Origin: an uncultured delta proteobacterium
GTDB lineage: Bacteria > Desulfobacterota > RBG-13-43-22
DNA: 64,000 nucleotides
NCBI GenBank assembly: GCA_963743305.1
Contig: CAVUPH010000033.1
Span: forward strand, 32,001-96,000
Reading direction: 5' to 3'
Below, piece after piece: positions 21,900 to 31,026 of this stretch. Within the stretch, counting starts at the first letter, position 1; the number at the start of each line of letters is the position of its first letter. The notes under the pieces were generated by a model, which did no database searches, was not told the origin of the DNA, and saw only the letters and a program-made list of their open reading frames with translations. The position numbers and the translations under genes were made by a program.

Positions 21900-23189
21900 T
21901 TAAGGCCGCTCCGGTTTTCCTCCTACCATCCGCTGGGTGATCTCCCAGATAACCTGTATTCCGGTTACCAAATCGCTGATCCGGATCCGTTCGTCCACAC
22001 CGTGTATACGCCCGGTATCTTCGGCCTCCAGCATAGCCGGGATCCAGCCATAACAGACCATTCCGAGGTCCCGAAAACACCGCGAATCGGTGAAGCCGGG
22101 GAAAATCCCGGGCAGGAAAACGGCCTGGGGAAAAAATTGTTTAGCGGTTTGTTCCAGACATTGAAAAAATTCGTTTTCAACCGGGGAAAGTGAGGCCGGA
22201 AAGGATTGAATGGCCTGCAGGGAAAAGGGGCCGGGAGGAAGGGTTTCTTTGATTTCAGCCTTCACGGCCTCCAGGGACCGTCCGGGGAGTACCCGCAGAT
22301 CCAAGGTAGCCTCGGCCCGGGCGGGGATCACGTTGGGTTTGAAACCGGCCTGGAGCATGGTGATGCTCAGGGTGTCCTGGAACATGGCCCGCAAGTGCGG
22401 GATCTGAAGGAGGGGATGGCCGGCCAAGGCCTCCGGGGTCAGTTCCGCCAGTCCCAGATTTTTCAACAGGGTCTGCATCTCGGGGAGGACCCGCAAAGGG
22501 CGTCGAACGGCTTTCAGAGCCGACAAGCCTTCCAGCAGGGTATCGCAGGGATTTTGTCCGTGAGGTACGGAACCATGGCCGGCTTTCCCTTCGGCGGTCA
22601 GCCGAAGCCAGAGGGGGCCTTTCTCGCCGAAGCCCAGGATGACCGCCTCCCAATCTCCCATTTTCCAGCCGGAACCCCCTTCGTTCAACAACCAGGCGGC
22701 TTCCAGTTCCGAGGCATGATGCTTCGTTAGATATTCGGCCCCGTTTTGGCTGCCGGTCTCTTCATCGCAGCAGACGACCAGCACCAGGTCTTTGCGCAGG
22801 GGCAGTTTCTCCCGTTTGGCCAGAACGAAGGCCATTAGTTCCATGATCCCCATGCCTTTCATGTCCAAGGCGCCCCGGCCGTACAGATATCCGTCCTTGA
22901 CCATCCCGCCAAAGGGGGGGACCGTCCATTCCTGGGGATTGGCGCCCACCACGTCACAGTGGTGCAGGAGCATCAACCCTTGGGGATCTCGGTCAGAGGT
23001 CAGCCGGCTGATCAGGTTGGGGCGTTCCGAATCCGCCCCCAGGATGGCAGCGGGAAGTCCTTCTTTCTTGAGGAAGCGGCTTAGAAACTCGATGGCCTTT
23101 CGTTCGTTGCCCGGCGGGTTGGTCGTGTCAATCCGAATGTATTCCGAAAGCAAATCGGTCGCCTCCTGTTCAATAGCCTTCCAATCCAT
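21900..23189 (-). CDS. M20/M25/M40 family metallopeptidase/deacylase
   Basis: HCDVV, YGRGALDMKG, DEETGS, GFTDSR, HGVDERI. Confidence 0.94.
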   Translation of the reverse strand: MDWKAIEQEATDLLSEYIRIDTTNPPGNERKAIEFLSRFLKKEGLPAAILGADSERPNLISRLTSDRDPQGLMLLHHCDVVGANPQEWTVPPFGGMVKDGYLYGRGALDMKGMGIMELMAFVLAKREKLPLRKDLVLVVCCDEETGSQNGAEYLTKHHASELEAAWLLNEGGSGWKMGDWEAVILGFGEKGPLWLRLTAEGKAGHGSVPHGQNPCDTLLEGLSALKAVRRPLRVLPEMQTLLKNLGLAELTPEALAGHPLLQIPHLRAMFQDTLSITMLQAGFKPNVIPARAEATLDLRVLPGRSLEAVKAEIKETLPPGPFSLQAIQSFPASLSPVENEFFQCLEQTAKQFFPQAVFLPGIFPGFTDSRCFRDLGMVCYGWIPAMLEAEDTGRIHGVDERIRISDLVTGIQVIWEITQRMVGGKPERP

Positions 23190-23191
23190 AG

Positions 23192-23536
23192 TTATCCTTC
23201 CCGCACGAAATGGGGCATCTGAGCCGGGATTTCCAGAGACAGCTCGATAAAGCCGGCGTAGCGGCCGTCTTGATACCAGGGGGAATGACAGATCAGTCGA
23301 TGCCGGCCTTTTTTTTCAATAGTATAGACATTGGACCTTGGATCCTCCATCATCCGGGCCAATTTGGTCCTGGCTGGCTCCGGGTGGCATTCCAGGACAT
23401 TGGTTCCGATCAACCGCCGCCCGCCCTGGCGGCCATAAACCGCTGCAGATTGATCGTTCATGAATAAAATGGTCCCTCGGGTATCGCAAACCATTACAGC
23501 CCCCGGAAATTCTGTCACCCAATCCACTGCTTCCAT
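23192..23536 (-). CDS. Small PAS-domain protein
   Basis: VMVCDTRGTILFMN...LIGTNVLECHP PAS pattern. Confidence 0.8.
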   Translation of the reverse strand: MEAVDWVTEFPGAVMVCDTRGTILFMNDQSAAVYGRQGGRRLIGTNVLECHPEPARTKLARMMEDPRSNVYTIEKKGRHRLICHSPWYQDGRYAGFIELSLEIPAQMPHFVREG

Positions 23537-23545
23537 GCCCAGCCC

Positions 23546-24400
23546 CTACATCTTCTTGAGTACTTGATAGATGGCCGAAAAGTCCAACGCATCCTGGTTC
23601 TTGGTAAAGGTCAGGCCGAAAAGTTCCTTGGTCACCCCGGTAAGAAAGGCCGATTTCTTAAGGCTCCGGGCCAGGTCCTGGAGATAATGAAGGTCCTTGT
23701 AGATCAGGGCGGAGGAAAAATGGGCTGAAAAATCTTCGGTCAGCAGTTTCTCGCGCTTGGCGTTTAAGACCAGGGATTGGCCGGCCCCTTCGTTTAGTAT
23801 TTCCAGGACTTTTTCCTTGCTTAAGCCGGAGGCTTCGCCCAGTACCAGGGCTTCAGCGATGGCCGCCATAAAAGCCCCCAACGCTAAGTTATTGATTAGT
23901 TTCATTTTGGTGGCCGACCCGGGTTCCTCCAGGTAGAATATCTTCCGGCTCATTTTTTCGAGGATGAATCGGGAGTCCTCGTAGGCTTTCTTGTCGCCGC
24001 AGACCAGAGACACCAAGGCCCCTTGAGAAGCAGGGACGACACTCCCCAGGACCGGCGCCTCCAGGTAATGCCCCCCCTGGCTCATCAGGATGTCGTGAAA
24101 CAAAAGGACCTCTTCGAAGTGATTGGTGGAGGTGTCAATGAGGATCTTGCCGGGTAGACCTCCCTGAATGAGGCCGTCCTTCTTGAAAAAGACCGATTTG
24201 ACCGCTCGGCTGTCAAATAGATTGATTATCAGCGTGTCGACCTTTTGGACCAACTGGGCCGGAGATTCGGCGACCGGCACACCCAGATCGGTGGCCTTTC
24301 CCGCGGTTCTATTCCAGACCACCAATTCCAGCCCTTCGGAGATCAACCGCCTGGCCATCGCCTTTCCCAAATGTCCTAAACCGATGAAGCCTATTTTCAT
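23546..24400 (-). CDS. NAD(P)-dependent oxidoreductase, 3-hydroxyisobutyrate dehydrogenase family
   Basis: IGFIGLGHLG, WNRT, EAPVLGS, MKLINN, KDLHY. Confidence 0.93.
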   Translation of the reverse strand: MKIGFIGLGHLGKAMARRLISEGLELVVWNRTAGKATDLGVPVAESPAQLVQKVDTLIINLFDSRAVKSVFFKKDGLIQGGLPGKILIDTSTNHFEEVLLFHDILMSQGGHYLEAPVLGSVVPASQGALVSLVCGDKKAYEDSRFILEKMSRKIFYLEEPGSATKMKLINNLALGAFMAAIAEALVLGEASGLSKEKVLEILNEGAGQSLVLNAKREKLLTEDFSAHFSSALIYKDLHYLQDLARSLKKSAFLTGVTKELFGLTFTKNQDALDFSAIYQVLKKM

Positions 24401-24638
24401 GTTTCTTCTCCTATCGATGATTGATGAAGTTGTTCAAAACACGAAAATTTATTCTCTCACAAACATCGAAAAGGATCAATTGGAACCTCCAATTTATGGT
24501 TAAGAAAAGAAGTTTGAATAAATCGATATCCCGGAGAAAAATCGAAGGACTTGGTTGACACTCTGGAAATAGGAATTATCATAATTAAACAGAGGTGAAG
24601 AAAAACAGCCTACGTTGAAACAAAAGGAGAGGGAACCA

Positions 24639-24830
24639 ATGAAAAACAAAATGTGGATGACTGTTTTAGCGTTGTCCTGTTTGGCGGTTGGTCTGCTGAG
24701 TGGTGGGTGTGTGTTCCCGCAAGCCGGCCAAAGATCTGAACGTGAACAAAGACCGGTGATTGGAGTTTCTTCCGAGTTGCCGGAAGTTATCTACCAAAAC
24801 GGCTCGCGCCGTCCCCCTTCGAATCCTTAA
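24639..24830 (+). pseudogene. Short lipoprotein-signal ORF, probably a truncated gene
   Basis: AAGGAG RBS, signal peptide with LSGGC lipobox-like motif, then RPVIGVS and an early stop; TTGACA promoter-like sequence at 24555. Confidence 0.4.
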
Positions 24831-24869
24831 AGACGGAAGTGTTTTGAAATAATTAAAGGAGGCGACCCG

Positions 24870-25532
24870 TTGGAATTTAGTGAAGCCGTCCGCAGAAGGC
24901 GAAGCGTCCGTTTGTTTCTTCCCGACCCTATTCCCCGTGATACCATCACGCGCATCGTCGATCTGGCGCGGTGGGCTCCCTCGTGGGGAAATACCCAACC
25001 CTGGGAGATCGTGGTTGCCGACGGGGACCAGGCCAGACATCTGGCCGAGGCTTTCGAGGCGGAAGGGAAGAAAGGCACCCCACCCCGTCCTGACCTGGCG
25101 ATTCCCTTGGACTTCCCGGAAGTTAACCAGAAGCGTTATAGGGGGCTGGGAAAAGAACTGCTGACTTTCATGGGTATCGCCCGCGATGACCAGCAGGCGC
25201 GAGTGCAGCACTACCTGAACATGTACCGATTCTTCGGGGCGCCGGCGGTCATTTACCTCCTTATCGATGGGGCACTCAATGAGCCTTACGCTTGCCTCGA
25301 TATCGGGTCCATCGGAACATGCATTTGCTACGCCGCCGTGCAGGAAGGTTTGGGGACCATCTATCTCGCGGCGTCCATGCATTTCCCGGACATCGTCAAA
25401 GGGGTGCTGGGCATACCGGCGGACAAGAAGATCGTGATCGGGATCGCCCTTGGAATTCCGCACCCGACCGCGCCGGCCAGCCTGTTTCGGAGCAGCCGCG
25501 TCCCGGTCGAGGAGATCCTTCGATTCGCTTGA
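24870..25532 (+). CDS. Nitroreductase family protein
   Basis: RRRSVRLF, APSWGNTQPW, GLGTI, IGIALG. Confidence 0.94.
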   Translation: MEFSEAVRRRRSVRLFLPDPIPRDTITRIVDLARWAPSWGNTQPWEIVVADGDQARHLAEAFEAEGKKGTPPRPDLAIPLDFPEVNQKRYRGLGKELLTFMGIARDDQQARVQHYLNMYRFFGAPAVIYLLIDGALNEPYACLDIGSIGTCICYAAVQEGLGTIYLAASMHFPDIVKGVLGIPADKKIVIGIALGIPHPTAPASLFRSSRVPVEEILRFA

Positions 25533-25549
25533 GGGGCGGAAATCTTCGG

Positions 25550-26743
25550 CTAGTGTTTGCTCATCATCTGAGTCACGGCCTTTTCCAGGCCGTCGAGGGT
25601 CAGTTCAAACATGGGGAAGATTTCCCGGATCTGCAGGATGGTGTGGGTGTAGGGCCAGCGTTCGGCCATGACCGGGTTGATCCAGACCGATCGCGGAAAG
25701 GTCTGGGCGATAAACTTCAGCCGTTCGAAGCTCGGCTTCCCTGACCGGTCCCCCACATAAATCGACCCGTCCATGCCCAGTAACTCGTAGGGGGCCATGC
25801 TGGCGTCTCCGAGGATGACGAAGCGGGTTTCCGGGTCCAGGCGGACCAACTGTTCCACCGGGAAAGGTTTTGTCCGGCGGGATGGATCTTCCCACAAGTA
25901 ATCATAGATGGTGTTGTGGAAGAAAAAGGTTTTCAGGTCTTTGAACTGGGCCCGGGCATAATTAAACAGGGTCTGACAAAGCTCGATATAGGGGTCCATG
26001 GACCAGCCGCCGTTGTCCACCGCCAGGATGACTTTTAAGCGGTCTTTTAAACTGCGGTCGAAGATAATTTCTATTTCCCCTGCGTTTTTCATGGTCTGGT
26101 AGATGGTCTTGTCTACATTGACCCGGTCCTTGGGGCCGGTCGGGATCAGGTTCCGCAACCGCTTCAAGGCCTCGCCGATCTGGGCCTGGGTCAAGGGCCC
26201 TTCCTGGGAATAATCTCGATAGCGCCGCTCCATGGCCACCTTGACGGCCGACTTGTTGCGCGACAGGCCTCCCACCCGCATTCCGCCGGGATGGAATCCC
26301 GAATGCCCCACCGGCGAGGTTCCTCCCGTGCCGATCCACTTGCCGCCGCCGTGATGGGCCTCGGTCTGTTCTTTTAAACGGTCCATAAAATATTTCAGCA
26401 GTTCCTCGGGAGTCAATTTTTTGAGTTGATCTTCGTCGATTCCTAAAAAGTCGGCCAGGGTCTGGGGATCTTTCAACCAGTCTTCCAGCAGGGCGCGGGC
26501 CACTTCCGAAAGCTCGAAATCTTCGGGGGAGATAAATTCCAGGCCCCTGAAATGGTGGGCAAAGGCCCGGTCGTAGAGATCGAAATACCTTTCGCTCTTG
26601 ATCAACAGCGTCCGAGCCCCAATGTAAAAATCATCCAGGGAGTTGATCAGTCCCTGACTTAAGGCCCGCTGTAGCTTCAGAAAGGCCGTGGGACTTACCG
26701 GGATCCCGGCCTCCTTCAAAAAATAAAAAAATTGTACGAACAT
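25550..26743 (-). CDS. VWA-domain protein (MoxR partner)
   Basis: GGKWIGTGGTSPVGHSG, DNGGWSMDPY (degenerate MIDAS), GDASMAPYEL; start set at ATG 26743 because the longer ORF runs into a repeat. Confidence 0.88.
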   Translation of the reverse strand: MFVQFFYFLKEAGIPVSPTAFLKLQRALSQGLINSLDDFYIGARTLLIKSERYFDLYDRAFAHHFRGLEFISPEDFELSEVARALLEDWLKDPQTLADFLGIDEDQLKKLTPEELLKYFMDRLKEQTEAHHGGGKWIGTGGTSPVGHSGFHPGGMRVGGLSRNKSAVKVAMERRYRDYSQEGPLTQAQIGEALKRLRNLIPTGPKDRVNVDKTIYQTMKNAGEIEIIFDRSLKDRLKVILAVDNGGWSMDPYIELCQTLFNYARAQFKDLKTFFFHNTIYDYLWEDPSRRTKPFPVEQLVRLDPETRFVILGDASMAPYELLGMDGSIYVGDRSGKPSFERLKFIAQTFPRSVWINPVMAERWPYTHTILQIREIFPMFELTLDGLEKAVTQMMSKH

Positions 26744-26757
26744 GGTGTCTCTTTCTT

Positions 26758-26921
26758 CATGGTTTCGCAAAAAGTCGGAAACCCCGTCATTGCGAGCGAA
26801 GTGAAGCAATCCCCATCATGGGAACTGGCTGATTCTTGGGGATTGCTTCGTCGCTTCACTCCTCGCAATGACAGTGCTGGGAACTTTTTGCGAACATATC
26901 ACTTGATGAACTCGTAAAAAG
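26758..26921. repeat. Palindromic repeat family B bracketed by TCGCAAAAAGT end motifs
   Basis: GTCATTGCGAGCGAAGTGAAGCAATCCCC...GGGGATTGCTTCGTCGCTTCACTCCTCGCAATGAC (26786-26872) inside TCGCAAAAAGT / ACTTTTTGCGA. Confidence 0.9.
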
Positions 26922-26930
26922 ACGAATTAG

Positions 26931-27782
26931 CTATATCTTGAAACGAGTCACCCCTTTTTGGGCGACCGCGTAGTCGGGGCTTTTCTTGAACAACACCCCC
27001 AGATAGGGCACCTCACCCTTAACCAGGTCCTTGGGACGAAAATCAGGGTCGGAGCGCAGGGCCCGAATCCAGTTGATCAGTTCCCGGGTGGCCGGTTTTT
27101 TTTCAATGCCCCGGATTTCGCGCAGCCGGTAGAAGGCCTGCACGGTGCTGTCCAGCAGGTCCCGGCTGATTTCCGGGAAATGAACCTGGATGATTCGGCG
27201 CATCATGTCCGGCTCCGGAAAGGCGATGTGGTGGAAGTTGCAGCGGCCCAGGAAGGGGTCGGACAGGTCTTTCTTGGCATTGGAGGTAATGACGATCACC
27301 GGGCGATGTTTGGCTTTGACGGTTTTGTCGATTTCAATGATGTCGAACTCCATCTGGTCCAGCACATCGAGCATATCGTCCTGGAAGTCCGTATCGGCCT
27401 TGTCGATTTCATCGATCAGCAGGACCACTTTTTTATCGGTCACAAAGGACTGCCCAATTTTCCCCATTTTGATATATTCTTCGATATTGCTCACCTCCCG
27501 ATTGGAGTCGCCGAAACGGCTGTCGTTCAACCGGGTCAGGGTGTCGTATTGATAAAGCGCGTCAATCAACTTCATGCTCGATTTAACGTTGAGCACGATC
27601 AGGCGCATCTTTAAGGCCTCGGAAATGGCGTAGGCCAGCATGGTTTTGCCGGTCCCCGGTTCCCCCTTCAGTAACAATGGCATCTCCAAGGACATGGAGA
27701 TGTTGATGATCTTGGCCAATTCCTCGTCCAGGACATATTTGGACGCCCCGGAAAATTTTTGCGGTTCGGTTCCACTTGCCAT
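26931..27782 (-). CDS. MoxR family AAA+ ATPase
   Basis: GEPGTGKT Walker A, VLLIDEIDKAD Walker B, KKPATRELINW. Confidence 0.94.
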   Translation of the reverse strand: MASGTEPQKFSGASKYVLDEELAKIINISMSLEMPLLLKGEPGTGKTMLAYAISEALKMRLIVLNVKSSMKLIDALYQYDTLTRLNDSRFGDSNREVSNIEEYIKMGKIGQSFVTDKKVVLLIDEIDKADTDFQDDMLDVLDQMEFDIIEIDKTVKAKHRPVIVITSNAKKDLSDPFLGRCNFHHIAFPEPDMMRRIIQVHFPEISRDLLDSTVQAFYRLREIRGIEKKPATRELINWIRALRSDPDFRPKDLVKGEVPYLGVLFKKSPDYAVAQKGVTRFKI

Positions 27783-27870
27783 GCTGTGACTCCTTCGTTT
27801 AATTTAACTGCTTATAATATAAGAAAATTTAGGTTTCTGGTCAAGGGTTTTATGACAAAACGCGGTCTAT

Positions 27871-28086
27871 TCAATGTTTTCGGCGGGTATAAATTACCTG
27901 ATACCGGTCGCCAGAGGCCATCAGGCAACTGGTGCATTCTCCGGTCAACTCCAGGGGGTCCAAAGGCTCCAGATGGACCTCGAAACCCATTTCCCGGTAT
28001 TCTTCCACCGCTTCACTCAATCGGGGTTCATCGGCGGTAAATTGTTTGACCCAGCCTTCCTTTTCTAATTCCTGATGCCGGCTCAT
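27871..28086 (-). CDS. Small hypothetical protein with CxxC
   Basis: GGAG RBS; GW.KQF.ADEPRLSEAVE.Y..MGFEV..EP...CTSC; lies in the operon behind the ferredoxin. Confidence 0.75.
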   Translation of the reverse strand: MSRHQELEKEGWVKQFTADEPRLSEAVEEYREMGFEVHLEPLDPLELTGECTSCLMASGDRYQVIYTRRKH

Positions 28087-28095
28087 AGAATCTCC

Positions 28096-28386
28096 TTACC
28101 AGGAATGGGTGATAGCTCCCGGTTTACAGGCGGCCACGCAGGGTAGGGGAGACCGATGAAACGCCGGTTTACAGGAGCCGCAGACGTATTTGATTTTTTT
28201 ACGTTCCGAATCCTTAACTACCGCCACCGAAGTATCACGGAAAGGATCGTTCGGGTCCCCATCCAGGACCTCAAAGACCCCAGCCTGGCAGGCCAAAACG
28301 CAGTCGCCGCAGCCGTCGCATTTATCCGTATCGAGGCGGATAAAGAATTCCCCCGAACCGTCGAGATATCCGTAATGGGCGATCAT
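28096..28386 (-). CDS. BzdM-like 4Fe-4S ferredoxin
   Basis: MIAHYGYLDGSGEFFI.LDTDKCDGCGDCVLAC N-terminus typical of bzd-type ferredoxins. Confidence 0.85.
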   Translation of the reverse strand: MIAHYGYLDGSGEFFIRLDTDKCDGCGDCVLACQAGVFEVLDGDPNDPFRDTSVAVVKDSERKKIKYVCGSCKPAFHRSPLPCVAACKPGAITHSW

Positions 28387-28492
28387 AACAAATCACCGGG
28401 TTCAAGGTATAAGGTTAAAGGTTCAGGGGAATGCCTAAAGGAAAACTGAATCAAAGATCTTACCCGTCCACCTTGCGCCCTGGACCTTTTTG

Positions 28493-29353
28493 TTATTTTC
28501 CTTTTTCCGCCAGGGCCTTGGCAAATAGGGCGGCGCCGAGGGCCCCAGCGATCTGGGTATCGTAGCTGGGCTTGAGGGCCTTGAGGCCCAATTCCTTTTC
28601 CAGCCGGGAAACCACTCCGCTATTTTTGGCAATACCGCCGGTGATGGCGAAGTCTGGCTCCAGGCCGATCCGTTTCAGCAGGGTAGCCACCCGGTGGGCC
28701 ATGGCGGAGGTGTAGGCGGCGATGACTTTTTCCTTGGGCCACCCCTTCCGCAGAAGACCCGAAGCCTCGGACTTGGCGAAGACCACACAGGTACTGCTCA
28801 CCGGGGGCGGCTCTTCCTTCACTTTCAACGACAGTTCGCCTATCTCATTAATGGAGACCCCCAGCAGGTCGGCAAACACTTCCAGGCCCCGGCCGGTCCC
28901 GGCGGCGCATTTATCGTTCATTAGAAAATTGGTCACCTTGCCCTGTTCGTCGATATGGATGGCCTTGCAGTCCTGGCCGCCCATGTCCAGCACGGTGCGG
29001 ACCGTGGGGCCGTACATAAAATTGGCGCCCCGTCCATGGCAGGCGATTTCCGTGATGGCTCGTTGGGAAAAAGGCACATTGACCCGGCCGTAGCCGGTTC
29101 CCACGATAGAGCGAATTTTATCCAAAGTCAGACCGGTCCTCTCCAGTGCCCAGTTCATGGCATTAGCGGCGCTGTTGGGGCTGTCGGACCCGGTGCGCAT
29201 GTTGGCATAGCAGTAGATTTCGCCGTCGGTCATCACCACCGCCTGGGAACTTACTGAACCCACATCCACTCCGGCGGTGATGAGCGTAGCTTTTCTCCAG
29301 TCTTTATCCGGCGCGGTCCACCGGGATTCTGTCCATCTCCAAAATTCGGCCAC
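28493..29353 (-). CDS. bzdQ: Benzoyl-CoA reductase bzd-type ATP-binding subunit Q
   Basis: EFWRW.ESRW N-terminus, GVDVGSVSSQAV, NMRTGSDSP.SA, GTGYGRVNVPF, NDKCAAGTGRG. Confidence 0.85.
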   Translation of the reverse strand: MAEFWRWTESRWTAPDKDWRKATLITAGVDVGSVSSQAVVMTDGEIYCYANMRTGSDSPNSAANAMNWALERTGLTLDKIRSIVGTGYGRVNVPFSQRAITEIACHGRGANFMYGPTVRTVLDMGGQDCKAIHIDEQGKVTNFLMNDKCAAGTGRGLEVFADLLGVSINEIGELSLKVKEEPPPVSSTCVVFAKSEASGLLRKGWPKEKVIAAYTSAMAHRVATLLKRIGLEPDFAITGGIAKNSGVVSRLEKELGLKALKPSYDTQIAGALGAALFAKALAEKGK

Positions 29354-29374
29354 GCGTCTATCCTTCCTGTCAAT

Positions 29375-30142
29375 TTAGGCGCCGGCGGCCAATAGGGCCG
29401 CGCCATAGGCACTGACCGTTTCCGGGGTTTCCGGGATGAAGATTTCCGTATCCAGTTCCCGTCGCAACGATTCCACCAGCCCAACGTTTCGGGCTACCCC
29501 GCCGACGAGCATCACCTCTTTTTCCATCCCCACCCTCTGGACCAGGGAGACGATCCGGTCGGCGATGGCCTCGTGGACGGCCCGGGCTATATCCGGCTTG
29601 GGGATTTGGGAATGAATCAGAGTGACCAGCTCCGATTCGGCAAAGACGGCGCATTGAGCGTTCATGGCCACGGCTTTGGTAGACTGCAACGAAAGCGGCC
29701 CTAACTGTCCAATGGTCACTTCCAGCGCCCGGGCCATGGCTTCGGTAAAGGCCCCGGTCCCGGCGGCGCATTTTTCATTGATGGCGAAGTCCACCACCTT
29801 ACCGCCGGCGTCGATCCTGATGGCCCGTGCTTCTTCGGCCCCTACGTCGATGACGGTTCGGATGCGCGGCTCCAATCCGATAGCGCCTCTGGCCACTGCC
29901 GAAACCTCACTGACCTGGCCGTGGGCTTCGGAAACTTCTTTCCTCCCGGCGCCGGTGGAGATGATCCGATCTATTTGATTCAACTGGACCCCGACCTGGG
30001 GCAGGGCGTCCGCCCAGGCGGCCTGCATCGATTCCCTGAGGTCATATCCAACCGGGATAATGGTTTGGCCTATAATCAGGTTATCCTTTAAAAGGATGAT
30101 TTTGATGGTTTTCGCGCCCACGTCCACGCCCGCTGTAAACAT
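29375..30142 (-). CDS. bzdP: Benzoyl-CoA reductase bzd-type subunit P-like activator ATPase
   Basis: GVDVGAKTIK, STGAGRK, IDVGAEEARA, NEKCAAGTGAF, NAQCAVFAESE; adjacent to bzdQ. Confidence 0.75.
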   Translation of the reverse strand: MFTAGVDVGAKTIKIILLKDNLIIGQTIIPVGYDLRESMQAAWADALPQVGVQLNQIDRIISTGAGRKEVSEAHGQVSEVSAVARGAIGLEPRIRTVIDVGAEEARAIRIDAGGKVVDFAINEKCAAGTGAFTEAMARALEVTIGQLGPLSLQSTKAVAMNAQCAVFAESELVTLIHSQIPKPDIARAVHEAIADRIVSLVQRVGMEKEVMLVGGVARNVGLVESLRRELDTEIFIPETPETVSAYGAALLAAGA

Positions 30143-30157
30143 GATGTTCTTCCTCTT

Positions 30158-30240
30158 TTATTCAAAAGGTCTTCCGGCGGCACCATTTCCAGAAAGGCTT
30201 CCAGGCGAATTTCAAACCGGCCGATGTCCAGTTCCGGCAG
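30158..30240 (-). pseudogene. C-terminal remnant of a BzdN / 2-hydroxyacyl-CoA dehydratase-type subunit
   Basis: Minus strand reads LPELDIGRFEIRLEAFLEMVPPEDL with no start codon, directly upstream of bzdP. Confidence 0.65.
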
Positions 30241-30411
30241 ACTACCAGGCCTCTTATTGTTTTGTCCAGTGGTTGTGGAGGGTTATGGTAGGCGGGGACA
30301 ACGGTCTGCGATCCGAGGCAATGGACCGCTTCGGACCGATTTATGGAGGGCTGACGGACCAGGCGCATAACCCCGTTTTTGATTTTGTTCCGGAACGGTA
30401 TGAAGCCTGGC

Positions 30412-31026
30412 CTATTCCTCTGATTCGGGTTCGGAGGAGGCCGGGGGAGATAGGAACGCTTGGGTCAGAACATAAGCGGCTTGAACGGCCTCTGTAGGAC
30501 AAAGCGGAAAGCATTCTTTGCAGTTCCAGCACTCCTGAGCGGCTATTTCCGGAATAAAGCTGATCTCCTTCCATATACCTCGGTCTATAAACCCCACGGC
30601 GTTCTTTTTCTTGACCTCGGCACAGTAGCGTACGCACAGACCGCAATGAATGCAAAAGGAGGCCTCTTTTTCAAACCGGTCTTTGTCGGCCCCGTACTCT
30701 CGAGCCAAATCCTGTAGCTCAAAGGCATCTGGAGCATGAGCCAATAGCAACTGCAGGATCATTTTGCGGATTCTATCCACCTTCGGAGACCGGGTTCTGA
30801 CGACTAAATTTTTTTCCACCGGGTAAACGCAGGAAACAACCAGTCGGGTCCCGCCGCGACTCTCCAATTCCACAAGGCACAGCCGGCAACCTCCAAAAGG
30901 TTCTAATTTTTCGTGGTAACAAAGTGTCGGAATCGAAATTCCCGCACTTCGGGCGGCTTCCAAAAGGGTCATTCCTTCCTGGGCGCTGACCTCTTTTCCG
31001 TCAATTTGCAATAGGATTTCGCTCAT
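30412..31026 (-). CDS. bamI: Class II benzoyl-CoA reductase subunit BamI (NuoG/HoxU-like Fe-S protein)
   Basis: IPTLCYH..L.PFGGCRLCLVE, CIHCGLCVRYC, CWNCKECFPLCP; last gene of the bam cluster. Confidence 0.88.
   Translation of the reverse strand: MSEILLQIDGKEVSAQEGMTLLEAARSAGISIPTLCYHEKLEPFGGCRLCLVELESRGGTRLVVSCVYPVEKNLVVRTRSPKVDRIRKMILQLLLAHAPDAFELQDLAREYGADKDRFEKEASFCIHCGLCVRYCAEVKKKNAVGFIDRGIWKEISFIPEIAAQECWNCKECFPLCPTEAVQAAYVLTQAFLSPPASSEPESEE

Noticed and set aside
26744-26809. N-terminal extension MLHFARNDG... of the VWA protein
   Set aside because: It is translated from the family B repeat; the true start is more plausibly ATG 26743.
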